Assembly (NCBI RefSeq): GCF_000020225.1
Contig: NC_010655.1
Coordinates: forward strand, 1,710,001 to 1,742,000
Reading direction: 5' to 3'
DNA length: 32,000 nt
Origin: Akkermansia muciniphila ATCC BAA-835
GTDB lineage: Bacteria; Verrucomicrobiota; Verrucomicrobiia; Verrucomicrobiales; Akkermansiaceae
Shown: piece after piece, positions 15,597-24,201 of the stretch
Layout of the letters: every line of letters begins with the position of its first letter
Position numbering within the stretch: position 1 is the stretch's first letter
Notes under the pieces: model-generated
The model's database searches: none
What the model was told of the DNA's origin: nothing
Seen by the model: only the letters and a program-made list of their open reading frames with translations
Translations under genes and position numbers: made by a program

Positions 15597-17516
15597 ATGA
15601 ATGTTATGTCGAAACGTTTTTTTGCCTTGTTGCTGGTCCTGGGGTCCGGGATATGGAGTGTTCCTGCCATGGGGATGGATGAGGAGTCAGCTTCCAGGGC
15701 ATCTGTTCCTGCCTCCTCGGACAGGGAGGGAGCGGAGTTTACCCGTCTGCCCGTCAGCTGGACGGTTAATCCCAGGGATGCCGCCAATGCCCGTGCCGCC
15801 TGGAAAACGCTGAGCGCCTATCATCGGGGCAAACCGAAGTCTTCCAGAAAATTGCATGTGGTTTACGTAACGTTCAAGGACAGGCCTGCCCTTGAAGGAT
15901 ACCGGGAACGGTATGATCATATTCTGAAGAATATTCAGGCATATTATGCGGACCAGATGCAGGCCAACGGTTTCCCTCCGCTCACATTCCAGCTGGATTT
16001 GGATGAACGGGGCAAGCTGGTTATTCATGATGCCTATGTGGATAAACCCATGAGCGAGATGAGCGTGCAGAGCTCCGGCCCCGTCTCCCGGGAAGCCGCC
16101 AGGAAGGTGCTGGCTTCCAAGGGGATTGATATTGAGAAGGAACATGTGCTGGTCGTTTGCCAGCTTCCGGACGGCGTGGGTCCTTATTACGGCGGCGGCT
16201 TCAGCCACCAGGGCACGGGGTGGACCTGTGACCAGGAAGGGCTGGATCCCGCCAGCTTTCTGGATACGGAAATGATGCAGGGCGGCCGTTTCAAGGTGAC
16301 CAGGGGAAAGAACGCCACCATTTACATAGGCGGTACGGCCCATGAATTGGGGCATTCCTTCGGCCTTCCCCACACGGGCGACGGATGGAATTACCCCGAC
16401 GCCGGAGCTTCCCTGATGGGCCATGGCAATTCCACCTACGGCGACGAGCTGCGCCATGAAGGGAAGGGTGCCTATTTGGCGCCGACGGATGCTTTGAAAC
16501 TGGCCAGTGTTCCCCTGTTCAACGGGGTGGAGACGGAACTTCCCGCAGACGCCTCCTTCGGGCGTATGCTCGGCAAGTATGTCCCGGGGTCTTTTGAACG
16601 GCTGGAGGCCATTCCCGTTAAAGACGGATTGCGGCTGAAAGGGAGGGTTCATCTGACGCGCCCCGCGTATGGCATTGTTGCCCATTTGGATCCGCCCGGA
16701 GGTTCGGATTATGATTCCAATGCCGTGGGCGCTTCTCTGGATGAAAAGGGAGAGTTTGATCTCACCATCTGCAGGCCGGGATATAAGGGTGGTTTTATAG
16801 AAATGCGGGTGGCCGTATTGAATTGCGACAGCACGCGCAGCATGATTACTCTGCCCGTGTGGATGGATGCCCGGGGAACCAAGGCCCCTTCTCTGGCCCA
16901 GATCGTTTATTTCGGGGATGTTCAGAATCTGTGGATACGGGGCCGCACGGAAGAAGCCCGGAAGGCGCTGGCGGAAGTGGAACGCAGGCATGGTTCCCGT
17001 TCTGAAGTGAAAGAATGGCTCCCTGTCTGGAAGCGCGCTCTGGGGCGCCAGGAGCCCGCGCTGGAAGTTGTTCCGGCGCAGATTCCTGCGGCAACCGCCA
17101 GTATCAGCCTGAATGACTGCAAGCCTTCCGTAGCCCAGGTGGGGTGGGCCGTTCCGTTGTGGGATGTCCTGTTCCCGTCGGATTTGGGGCCCGTGCCTTT
17201 CTTCCGGACAATCGGAAGGCCGGAACGTTTCATTCTGGCTCATGCCCCGGCTGTTTTTGCCTATGACCTGGATGGGCGCTGGAAAGAGTTCCGCGCTGAT
17301 GTGGGGCTGCCCTTCGGCTCCCGCGGCAGCGTCAAATTCAGCGTGTATTTGGACGGCAGGAAGCTTATGGAATCCCCTGTGCTCAAGGACGGGGACTCCA
17401 TTCCCGTGAAGACGGCGGTAGAGGGCGGCAGGAAGCTGGAAATCCGCGTGGATGACGCCGGAGACGGCAATGCCGCCGATTGGGGCATTATAGCCAACGG
17501 CATGCTGACCCGGTAA
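15597..17516 (+). CDS. secreted metzincin-type zinc metalloprotease with C-terminal NPCBM-like carbohydrate-binding domain
   Basis: Signal peptide MSKRFFALLLVLGSGIWSVPAMG (ATGs at 15597 and 15606). HELGHSFGLPH at 16341-16373 is HExxHxxGxxH, followed about 15 residues later by SLMGHG, a plausible Met-turn. Residues around 502-639 (ISLNDCKPSVAQVGW..FILAHAPAVFAYDLDGRWKEFRADVGLP..GSVKFSVYLDGRKL..LEIRVDDAGDGNAADWGIIANGMLT) match the NPCBM/NEW2 pattern. Confidence 0.75.
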   Translation: MNVMSKRFFALLLVLGSGIWSVPAMGMDEESASRASVPASSDREGAEFTRLPVSWTVNPRDAANARAAWKTLSAYHRGKPKSSRKLHVVYVTFKDRPALEGYRERYDHILKNIQAYYADQMQANGFPPLTFQLDLDERGKLVIHDAYVDKPMSEMSVQSSGPVSREAARKVLASKGIDIEKEHVLVVCQLPDGVGPYYGGGFSHQGTGWTCDQEGLDPASFLDTEMMQGGRFKVTRGKNATIYIGGTAHELGHSFGLPHTGDGWNYPDAGASLMGHGNSTYGDELRHEGKGAYLAPTDALKLASVPLFNGVETELPADASFGRMLGKYVPGSFERLEAIPVKDGLRLKGRVHLTRPAYGIVAHLDPPGGSDYDSNAVGASLDEKGEFDLTICRPGYKGGFIEMRVAVLNCDSTRSMITLPVWMDARGTKAPSLAQIVYFGDVQNLWIRGRTEEARKALAEVERRHGSRSEVKEWLPVWKRALGRQEPALEVVPAQIPAATASISLNDCKPSVAQVGWAVPLWDVLFPSDLGPVPFFRTIGRPERFILAHAPAVFAYDLDGRWKEFRADVGLPFGSRGSVKFSVYLDGRKLMESPVLKDGDSIPVKTAVEGGRKLEIRVDDAGDGNAADWGIIANGMLTR

Positions 17517-17595
17517 ATTTTCTGCCCCCACTGGCGGAGAAATGTGACATTAGGCTTGTCTTTTGCCCTTTCTCATAGTGTTCTGTGGGCTAGCC

Positions 17596-19983
17596 ATGAT
17601 TGGGACGATTGCAAAGCTATGGGGTGCGGCGGCGCTGGTTGCCGGGGCTTCCCTGTTTGCAGAAACGGCTGCGGAGCAGCCGCCCGTCCCTTCCTCTGAA
17701 ACCGGGCAGGAAAATGCCGGAGGGAAAATGGCGGGCAATCTGCTTTCCGGCACTCTCATGCCGCAGATTCCCTCCAATATTTCCATTACCAATGACGGCG
17801 CCATCAGGGTGGAGGAATCCAGGAAGGTTATTTTTGAAGGACCGCATGTCCACATGGTGACGGATACCGGGGTGGAGGTATTTGCGGATTATGCCCAGGC
17901 GGATATGGACCAGGGCAAGGTGTTTCTGAAAGGGAACCTGGCCATTTACCAGAGTGACGGCAGGACAAGGACCAACAGCCTGGTACGCGCTGACAGCGCG
18001 GAGTTTGACTGGGAGAACGAAGTGCTTCTTACGGATGCTATCCGTGCGAAGATGGAGGGATTGATTCTGCGCAGCGGAAAGTTTGAATCCCGGAAGGATG
18101 CCGCCGGCAACACTTACCTGGAAGCCCGCAATGCCTCCGTCACGGCGGAAGACATCAGCGAACCTCTCACCTGGATTTCCGCCGACAGGATACGAGTGTA
18201 TCCGGAAGACAGGTTTTCTTTCAAGAACCTGACCCTTTATTACGGTGGCGTTCCCTTCTTTTATTTCCCCTACCTCAGCCATTCCCTTAATCCGGAAGTT
18301 GGCTATCTTCCCATCCCCGGCATGCGCTCCATCTGGGGGCCTTACCTCCTGAATGAATACGGGTTCCTGATGGGGAAAAAATGGTCGGACAACGGCATGC
18401 CTTCCGCGGATTACCTGGGAACCCTGCATGCAGATTACCGCACCCGGCGCGGTTTCGCCTACGGATTGGACATCCGCGACGTGCTGCTGGAAAAGGATTG
18501 TCCGGACATGACGGGGCTGTCCTTTTACAAAACCCATGACAAGGGGGTGAAAATCAACGCCGGTGATGATGAGTACCGTGAGCATCTGGACCCGGACCGG
18601 TGGAGGTTCGCGCTCCAGCAGATGTGGAGCCACAGGGTGAATCTCCGCACGGACTGGCGGTTGAAGGCCAACATCAACATGTTGAGCGACGAGTACATGC
18701 TCCGCGATTTTTATCCGGAAATTTATCAGCGCAATTCTTCTCCGGACAACACGGTGCTTCTTTCCCGTACGGACGATACGAATGATTTTTCACTGTTGCA
18801 GCGTTTTGTCCCCAATAATTTCTACATAGCGGACCAGCGGACGGAGTTCAGTTATGAGCGTATCAAGTCCCCCGTATTCCGTTCCCCCGTCATGTATGAA
18901 AGCCGCACCAGCTTCGCTTTCCTCAAGCAGTACGTTCCTCCGTTCATGCGGACGGAAATCCGGAACATGCTGGACGGGATGGACCCCGGAACTTCTTCCT
19001 ATGATTACTGGGCCCGAATGCTGATGACGGACAGCTACAGCAGGTTCCACTCCTTCCATGAGGTTTCCGTTTCCAAGAAAATCATGGGATTCCTGAACCT
19101 GACCCCCAAAGTGGGCGGAGGCTATACGGGATATTACGGCGTGGAGGACTACAAACCGCTCAACCAGGGAATTTTTTACGCCGGAACGGATGCCGATTTC
19201 AAATTCTCCCGCCGTTATTCTTCCGTATATAGTGATTCCTTTGGGCTGAACGGCATGAACCATATTGTTCAGCCCCATTTTACGCTGGCGTATGTCAAAA
19301 CCAACCGCCTGAGCGAGCTTTATCCCCAGATTGACGGCGATACCCCCACGACCAATCCCCCATCCTTGAGCATAGGCAGATACACGGAGATTGATTCCCT
19401 GTCCACGGGGCTTGTCTTCCGGTATGGATTGCGCAACATGCTGATGACCAGCCGGGACGCTAATTCCCACCGCTGGTTTTCCTGGGATGTGTTCATGGAT
19501 GCCTATCTGCATGATCCCGTCAACCAGCGGGATTTTTCCAACCTTTTTTCATTCATGCGCTGGAATCCCGTTCCCTGGATGGAATACCGGTCGGAAATGC
19601 AGGCTCCCGTTTTGGGTAAGGACAAGATTTCCGGCTGCCGTGAATACAACAACTCCCTGCGTTTCATGCCATGGCGTTCCACGGAGCTCGTCGTGGGGCA
19701 CCGTTATTTGAACCAGCATTCCCTTCTGGAGGACAGCAGCCAGCTGGATCTGCGTATTTTGCAGCGCTTTTCGGAAGCCTGGGCTTTCAGCGGCAAATGG
19801 CGTTTTTCCCTGTTGGACGGCAAGCTGGACATTCAGGAATACAATGTGTACCACAATATGGGATCCTGGTATTTGGGCGTGGGCGCTTTCGTTCGCAAGA
19901 ACGGGAACAAAAACGAATTCGGGCTGGGCATCAGCTTTACCATCCAGCAGACCGGAGATTATATGCCGGTCAAATTCCTTTGA
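17596..19983 (+). CDS. lptD: LPS-assembly outer-membrane protein LptD (OstA family)
   Basis: The ATG at 17596 gives MIGTIAKLWGAAALVAGASLFAETAAEQ, a signal peptide. The OstA_N-like region is VFADYAQADMDQGKVFLKGNLAIYQSD..ADSAEFDW. NLTLYYGGVPFFYFPYLSHSL resembles the LptD PVFYxPY motif. A large strand-rich C-terminal barrel ends in ..MPVKFL. The track ORF starts at TTG 17563. Confidence 0.75.
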   Translation: MIGTIAKLWGAAALVAGASLFAETAAEQPPVPSSETGQENAGGKMAGNLLSGTLMPQIPSNISITNDGAIRVEESRKVIFEGPHVHMVTDTGVEVFADYAQADMDQGKVFLKGNLAIYQSDGRTRTNSLVRADSAEFDWENEVLLTDAIRAKMEGLILRSGKFESRKDAAGNTYLEARNASVTAEDISEPLTWISADRIRVYPEDRFSFKNLTLYYGGVPFFYFPYLSHSLNPEVGYLPIPGMRSIWGPYLLNEYGFLMGKKWSDNGMPSADYLGTLHADYRTRRGFAYGLDIRDVLLEKDCPDMTGLSFYKTHDKGVKINAGDDEYREHLDPDRWRFALQQMWSHRVNLRTDWRLKANINMLSDEYMLRDFYPEIYQRNSSPDNTVLLSRTDDTNDFSLLQRFVPNNFYIADQRTEFSYERIKSPVFRSPVMYESRTSFAFLKQYVPPFMRTEIRNMLDGMDPGTSSYDYWARMLMTDSYSRFHSFHEVSVSKKIMGFLNLTPKVGGGYTGYYGVEDYKPLNQGIFYAGTDADFKFSRRYSSVYSDSFGLNGMNHIVQPHFTLAYVKTNRLSELYPQIDGDTPTTNPPSLSIGRYTEIDSLSTGLVFRYGLRNMLMTSRDANSHRWFSWDVFMDAYLHDPVNQRDFSNLFSFMRWNPVPWMEYRSEMQAPVLGKDKISGCREYNNSLRFMPWRSTELVVGHRYLNQHSLLEDSSQLDLRILQRFSEAWAFSGKWRFSLLDGKLDIQEYNVYHNMGSWYLGVGAFVRKNGNKNEFGLGISFTIQQTGDYMPVKFL

Positions 19984-20007
19984 TGTCCGGAAAGGACACG
20001 GTTTTTT
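19984..20007 (+). terminator. weak terminator-like hairpin after lptD
   Basis: tgtcc (19984-19988) pairs with ggaca (19994-19998) around a 5-nt loop, followed by cgg and TTTTTT (20002-20007). The stem is only 5 bp. Confidence 0.3.
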
Positions 20008-20319
20008 GCGAGGTTTTTCCCGGAAGCTTTTTCCTTTTTCAGAGGATTCGCGTTTTGAGAATGGGTTCTGCCCGGTGCGGGGTGTTGCTCCGGAGAGGGA
20101 AAGATATGTAGCTGGTCGGCAAGAGGCGGAAAGCCATGCGGTTGGAAGGGTGGGGAGCGGCCTGTTTCCAGCGTGCCGGACAGGAAGAAGAGGAAGGAGC
20201 CGCTGCCGCGCTTGTGCCGGAACCTTGGCTTGCATTCCGGCAGGGAAACGGGGAAAATGCCAAGGCATGGAGCAAGCTGCGGCGGAAAACCGTCCGGCTT
20301 CCTGCACGAATAATCATAA

Positions 20320-20967
20320 ATGAATATGAACGCTCAGGAATTGATCGAGACGCTGGAATGGCGTTACGCCACCAAGGTATTCAATCCGGACCGCCGCATT
20401 CCGGCGGAGGACTGGGAAGCCCTTCTGGAATCCCTGCATTTGAGCCCTTCCTCCCTGGGGCTTCAGATGTGGAAGTTCCTTGATGTCCGGGATCCCGCCG
20501 TGCGTTCCCGGCTTAGGGAAGTTTCATGGGGACAGCCCCAGGTTACGGACGCTTCCCATCTGGTGGTTTTCTGTGCCCGCAGGGATTTCAAGCCGGAAGA
20601 CGTGCAGCGCTATCTGGAACGTATTGTGGAAGTGCGCGGTGTTGCCATGGACTCCCTGGACCAGTACCGCGCCCGCATTTTTGAACTGGTGGGTTCCAAG
20701 TCTCCGGAAGTGCTGAAAGCCTGGCTGGAACGGCAGGTGTACATTGCCCTCGGGTTCATGATGAGCTGCGCCGCGGATCTCCGCGTGGACACCTGCGCGC
20801 TGGAAGGGATGGATCCGGCCGCCTATGACCGCATTCTTCATCTGGAAAATTCCCCTTATTACACGCTTTGCGCCCTGGCTCTGGGTTACCGGAATGAAGA
20901 GGCGGATAAGTACGCCCGTCTGGCGAAAGTACGTTTTGACCGGGATGAAGTCATTCCGGTCATCTGA
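20320..20967 (+). CDS. nitroreductase-family NAD(P)H-dependent oxidoreductase
   Basis: LIETLEWRYATKVFNPDRRIPAEDWEALLESLHLSPSSLGLQMWKF .. HLVVFCARRDF .. ALGFMMSCAADLRVDTCALEGMD are typical NfsB/NfnB-like blocks. Length 215 aa. Confidence 0.8.
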   Translation: MNMNAQELIETLEWRYATKVFNPDRRIPAEDWEALLESLHLSPSSLGLQMWKFLDVRDPAVRSRLREVSWGQPQVTDASHLVVFCARRDFKPEDVQRYLERIVEVRGVAMDSLDQYRARIFELVGSKSPEVLKAWLERQVYIALGFMMSCAADLRVDTCALEGMDPAAYDRILHLENSPYYTLCALALGYRNEEADKYARLAKVRFDRDEVIPVI

Positions 20968-20979
20968 CGGAGTTTCTTA

Positions 20980-21756
20980 CTAATCCCCGGTTTCAAGCAG
21001 TAGCCGCATGTCTTCCGGCAGGGGGGCTTCCGCGGTGAAGGTTTCTTCATCAAACGGAAATTCCAGCCGGCAGGCATGCAGCGCATGGCGCGGCAGAACC
21101 AGCCGCTCCTCCAGTTCCCGGCTCCATCCGTGCTGGATGTATTCCAGATAGCAATGTTCGGACGGGCCGTAAATTTTGTCACCCAGGATGGGATGTCCCA
21201 GGTGCGCCAGATGCACGCGTATCTGGTGCATGCGTCCCGTTTCCGGAATGCACCGGACCAGCGCCAGGGGGCCCCGGCGTGTATTCCATGTCCGTTCTTT
21301 CCGGAAAACGGTAGTGCATGCTTTTCCGGCTGGGTGCACGGCCTGTTTGACCCATATGCGGCTTTCCGCGACTTCCCCCTGTCTTAAAATGGGGGCGGTG
21401 CATGCTGTTTCCGTCCATTCAGGCCATTCCTGCACGATTGCCAGATATTCCTTGTGTATCAGGCGCCGCTGCATGGCTCTTCCCAGCTCCCTGGCCGCCC
21501 TTTTGTGTTTGGCAACCAGCGTCAGACCGCTGGTTTCCCTGTCCAGTCTGTTGACCAGGGAGAGGGCGGCTCCGTTGGCTATTTCATAGCTTAGCAGGGC
21601 TTCCACGCCTTCCAGGAGGCAGGGTTCCTTTTTCCCGTTGGACGGGTGGACGATGAGGGGGGCTCCCTTGTCCACCACAATCCAGTCCCCGGATTCCGCC
21701 GCCACCTCAAAGTGCGGAAAACAGGCAATTGGTGCTTCGGAAATGGGAATCCACAT
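20980..21756 (-). CDS. RluA-family pseudouridine synthase (no S4 domain)
   Basis: MWIPISEAP..WIVVDKGAPLIVHP .. LVNRLDRETSGLTLVAKH (catalytic Asp motif) .. ETGRMHQIRVHLAHLGHPILGDKIYG. The start is taken at ATG 21756. The 148-codon N-terminal extension in the track ORF (to 22200) runs through the rsuA-like gene in another frame and is Arg/Pro/Gly junk. Confidence 0.85.
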   Translation of the reverse strand: MWIPISEAPIACFPHFEVAAESGDWIVVDKGAPLIVHPSNGKKEPCLLEGVEALLSYEIANGAALSLVNRLDRETSGLTLVAKHKRAARELGRAMQRRLIHKEYLAIVQEWPEWTETACTAPILRQGEVAESRIWVKQAVHPAGKACTTVFRKERTWNTRRGPLALVRCIPETGRMHQIRVHLAHLGHPILGDKIYGPSEHCYLEYIQHGWSRELEERLVLPRHALHACRLEFPFDEETFTAEAPLPEDMRLLLETGD

Positions 21757-21770
21757 GGCGGATGGGAGGT

Positions 21771-22463
21771 TTACAGCGCATCCGGACGGATGGGCGCCCA
21801 TTCCCCCGGTTTCAGGTTCAGGCTGTCCAGATGCAGGGAGCCGATGGAAACACGGCACAGAGATAAGACGGGAGCGCCTACGGCAGCCAGCATGCGGCGA
21901 ACCTGGTGGTATTTTCCTTCCGTAAGCGTCAGCAGGGCGCGTCGCGGTTCCCGGATTTCCAGCAAGGCGGGGGCGCAGGGGCGGGTTTCCCCGTTCAGCG
22001 TGAGGGTTCCGGAGGCGAACAACTCCACGGCTTCTGTCGGAATGTCCTCCTCCGTGACGGCTTCGTAAACTTTGGCGACGTGATGGCGGGGGGAGGTCAT
22101 GCGGTGGATGAATTTTCCGTCGTCCGTGAGGAGAAGCAGGCCGGAAGTTTCCTTGTCCAGCCGTCCTACGGAAGAAACCGCAGGGTTCCTGTGCCGCCAC
22201 TGGAAGGGCAGTAGGTCGTAAATCAAATTCCCTTCCCCGTCGTCATGGCTGCAGGTGTACCCTTCAGGTTTGTAAAGGGCGGCGTACAGGCCGTCCGGGA
22301 ATTCCACAGGTTCTCCGTCCAGCAGGATGCCTTCCGCCTGCACCTTGTCCGTGGGGGAGGAGCATGGTTTTCCCTTGAATGTAATGGAGTGGCGTTTGAT
22401 CCAACCCGGCGCTTCCCTCCTGGAACAATATCCGTAGCGGGATAAAAGGGCATCCAGTCTCAT
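21771..22463 (-). CDS. rsuA: RsuA-family (16S rRNA) pseudouridine synthase with S4 domain
   Basis: MRLDALLSRYGYCSRREAPGWIKRHSITFKGKP is S4-like. VGRLDKETSGLLLLTDDGKFIHRMTSPRHHVAKVY .. LTEGKYHQVRRMLAAVG. 230 aa, the same size class as RsuA. Confidence 0.8.
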   Translation of the reverse strand: MRLDALLSRYGYCSRREAPGWIKRHSITFKGKPCSSPTDKVQAEGILLDGEPVEFPDGLYAALYKPEGYTCSHDDGEGNLIYDLLPFQWRHRNPAVSSVGRLDKETSGLLLLTDDGKFIHRMTSPRHHVAKVYEAVTEEDIPTEAVELFASGTLTLNGETRPCAPALLEIREPRRALLTLTEGKYHQVRRMLAAVGAPVLSLCRVSIGSLHLDSLNLKPGEWAPIRPDAL

Positions 22464-22599
22464 GCGGCATATTTTTTCCTAACGGGAACAAAAAACAAGG
22501 TTGAAGTATGCCTCCCCGGCTGATAGCATTAAACTATTACATGCGGGGCCGCCCTGGTGGGGCGCTGCCGTTGTTCACCATTTACGCTTATATAGTTCC

Positions 22600-23982
22600 A
22601 TGATTGAAACGATTACAGAAGAACAGTTGACTCCCCAGCAGGCCGAATTTTGGGTGCGCGCCCGCCAGGCGGTGGACATGAACAATTATCCCTATGCCGT
22701 CAGCCTGCTCAAGGCCCTGGTAAAGCAGCTCCCCGGTTTTCTGGAAGGCCGCAAGGCGTTGCGCGCCTGTGAAATCAAATTGAATCCGGAGGCCAAGAGA
22801 GGGGGGCTGTTCAGCGGTATGAAAATCAGCACCAGCAAGCTCACTTCTTCCAAGAAGGACGCGGCTACCCAGCTTTCCGCTCTGGAAGACGAATTGGAAA
22901 ATGATCCTTACAGCATTCCGGTAAACGAGGCCCTGTACACGGCTGCCATGGAAGTAAATTTCCCGGATCTGGCCGCTTTTGCTCTGGAGACCGTTCGCCA
23001 GGGGCATCCCGGCAACAAGAAAATGCTCCACATGCTGGCCTCCCATTACGTTTCCCGGGATATGCCGGCCCAGGCTGCGGAAGTGTACCATGACCTTGTG
23101 AAGCTGGATCCCACGGACAGTGTGGCCGTAAAGAGCGAAAAGGACTGCATGGCGCGCGCCACGATGCAGCAGCAGAAGTGGGAGGAGGCTAAAAGCTTCC
23201 GGGACGTGATGAAGAACTCGTCGGAAACGAACACCCTGGACAAGAGCGACAAGAAAGGGCTCACCCGTGCGGAACTGGAAGAGCGCCTGGGGCTTCTCTC
23301 CGCCCGTTACGCCCAGAACCAGCAGGATCTGGCCGTCGTGCGCGACATTGCCGGCGTTTATGAACAAATGGAAGATTGGGCCAATGCCTATTCCTTCTAT
23401 AATTACGCGTTCAGCCTCAGCAACAATGATATTTCCCTGGAAAACAAGGCCTCGGAAATGAATGAGCGATGCCGCAAGGCCCAGGTGGAGGAAATCCGCC
23501 GCCGCGCTGCCGCGGAGCCGGATAATAAGGAACTTCAGGAACAGCTTGCCCAGTTCAGCAAGGAAGCTGCGGAGCAGCAGGTGGCCTTGTGCCGCCAGCG
23601 TGTGGAAAACAACCCCACGGACCCGCAAACCCGTTTTGAGCTGGGCCAGGCCCTCTTCGACTGCGGCAATTACACGGAAGCCATTCCGGAACTCCAGCGC
23701 GCCCGCAACAATCCCCATATCCGCATCCGCGCCATGCTGTTGCTCGGCAAGTGCTATGACGCCAAGAACATGCATGATATGGCTCTGCGCCAGCTGGAGG
23801 AAGCCAATAAGGAATTGATAGAAATGAATGACACCAAGAAGGAAATCCTTTACATGATCGGCTTGCTTTGTGAAAAGCAGGGCAAGAAGGGGGAATCCCT
23901 GGCTGCATTCCAGCAGATTTACGACGCCGAGTACGGCTACCGCGACGTAGCCAGGCGCGTGGAATCCTCTTACGGCAATTAG
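22600..23982 (+). CDS. TPR-repeat protein
   Basis: The ATG at 22600 gives MIETITEEQL; the track ORF begins at TTG 22501. TPR-like helical pairs run throughout (YPYAVSLLKALVKQLPGF; AAEVYHDLVKLDP; WANAYSFYNYAFSLSNND; GNYTEAIPELQRARNNP; MHDMALRQLEEANKE; GESLAAFQQIYDAEYGYRDV). Confidence 0.75.
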   Translation: MIETITEEQLTPQQAEFWVRARQAVDMNNYPYAVSLLKALVKQLPGFLEGRKALRACEIKLNPEAKRGGLFSGMKISTSKLTSSKKDAATQLSALEDELENDPYSIPVNEALYTAAMEVNFPDLAAFALETVRQGHPGNKKMLHMLASHYVSRDMPAQAAEVYHDLVKLDPTDSVAVKSEKDCMARATMQQQKWEEAKSFRDVMKNSSETNTLDKSDKKGLTRAELEERLGLLSARYAQNQQDLAVVRDIAGVYEQMEDWANAYSFYNYAFSLSNNDISLENKASEMNERCRKAQVEEIRRRAAAEPDNKELQEQLAQFSKEAAEQQVALCRQRVENNPTDPQTRFELGQALFDCGNYTEAIPELQRARNNPHIRIRAMLLLGKCYDAKNMHDMALRQLEEANKELIEMNDTKKEILYMIGLLCEKQGKKGESLAAFQQIYDAEYGYRDVARRVESSYGN

Positions 23983-24020
23983 GGGGGTCCCGTTTTGCGC
24001 CCGTAATGGGACGCCGTGCT

Positions 24021-24052
24021 CAAAGCCTTTGCCGGAAACGGCAAAGGCTTTG
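24021..24052 (+). terminator. perfect 14-bp hairpin with GAAA tetraloop downstream of the TPR gene (no U-tract)
   Basis: caaagcctttgccg (24021-24034), gaaa, cggcaaaggctttg (24039-24052). It is followed by ctgtagg, so it is not a canonical intrinsic terminator. Confidence 0.35.
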
Positions 24053-24129
24053 CTGTAGGAAGGTTATTTTTATTTCTGCGGACGGGAACCGTAACAGCTT
24101 TCATCCCGGCGTCCCGGCGGGCAACGGAG

Positions 24130-24154
24130 AGGGGCGGGCGCCCCTGTGTTTTTT
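24130..24154 (+). terminator. intrinsic terminator-like hairpin plus T-tract
   Basis: aggggc (24130-24135) pairs with gcccct (24140-24145) around loop gggc, followed by gtg and TTTTTT (24149-24154). Confidence 0.55.
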
Positions 24155-24201
24155 CTTGTCCGTTCCGGAAGGAACTGAAAGAATGAAGACGGAACGAGCT
24201 G

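Noticed and set aside
15687-17531. Very long antisense ORFs opposite almost every real gene. Examples: 15687-17531 (-, 614 aa), 13455-14813 (-), 12211-13290 (-), 17617-18633 (-), 22588-23775 (-), 28977-30122 (-), 26224-27207 (+), 184-1059 (+), 1299-2297 (+), 9722-10639 (-), 6796-7782 (-), 5813-6559 (+).
   Set aside because: For those I checked, the antisense ORF is in triplet register with the sense gene (same coordinate modulo 3). It therefore stays open simply because the GC-rich sense gene avoids TTA/CTA/TCA codons. The translations are Arg/Gly/Pro/His-rich low-complexity with no motifs, whereas the sense strands carry clear family signatures.
21757-22200. N-terminal 148-codon extension of the RluA-family ORF (406 aa in the track).
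   Set aside because: It runs through the RsuA-like gene in a different frame. The sequence is RRxxPPxxG junk. A proper start (MWIPISEAP) at 21756 gives a normal 258-aa RluA-family protein.
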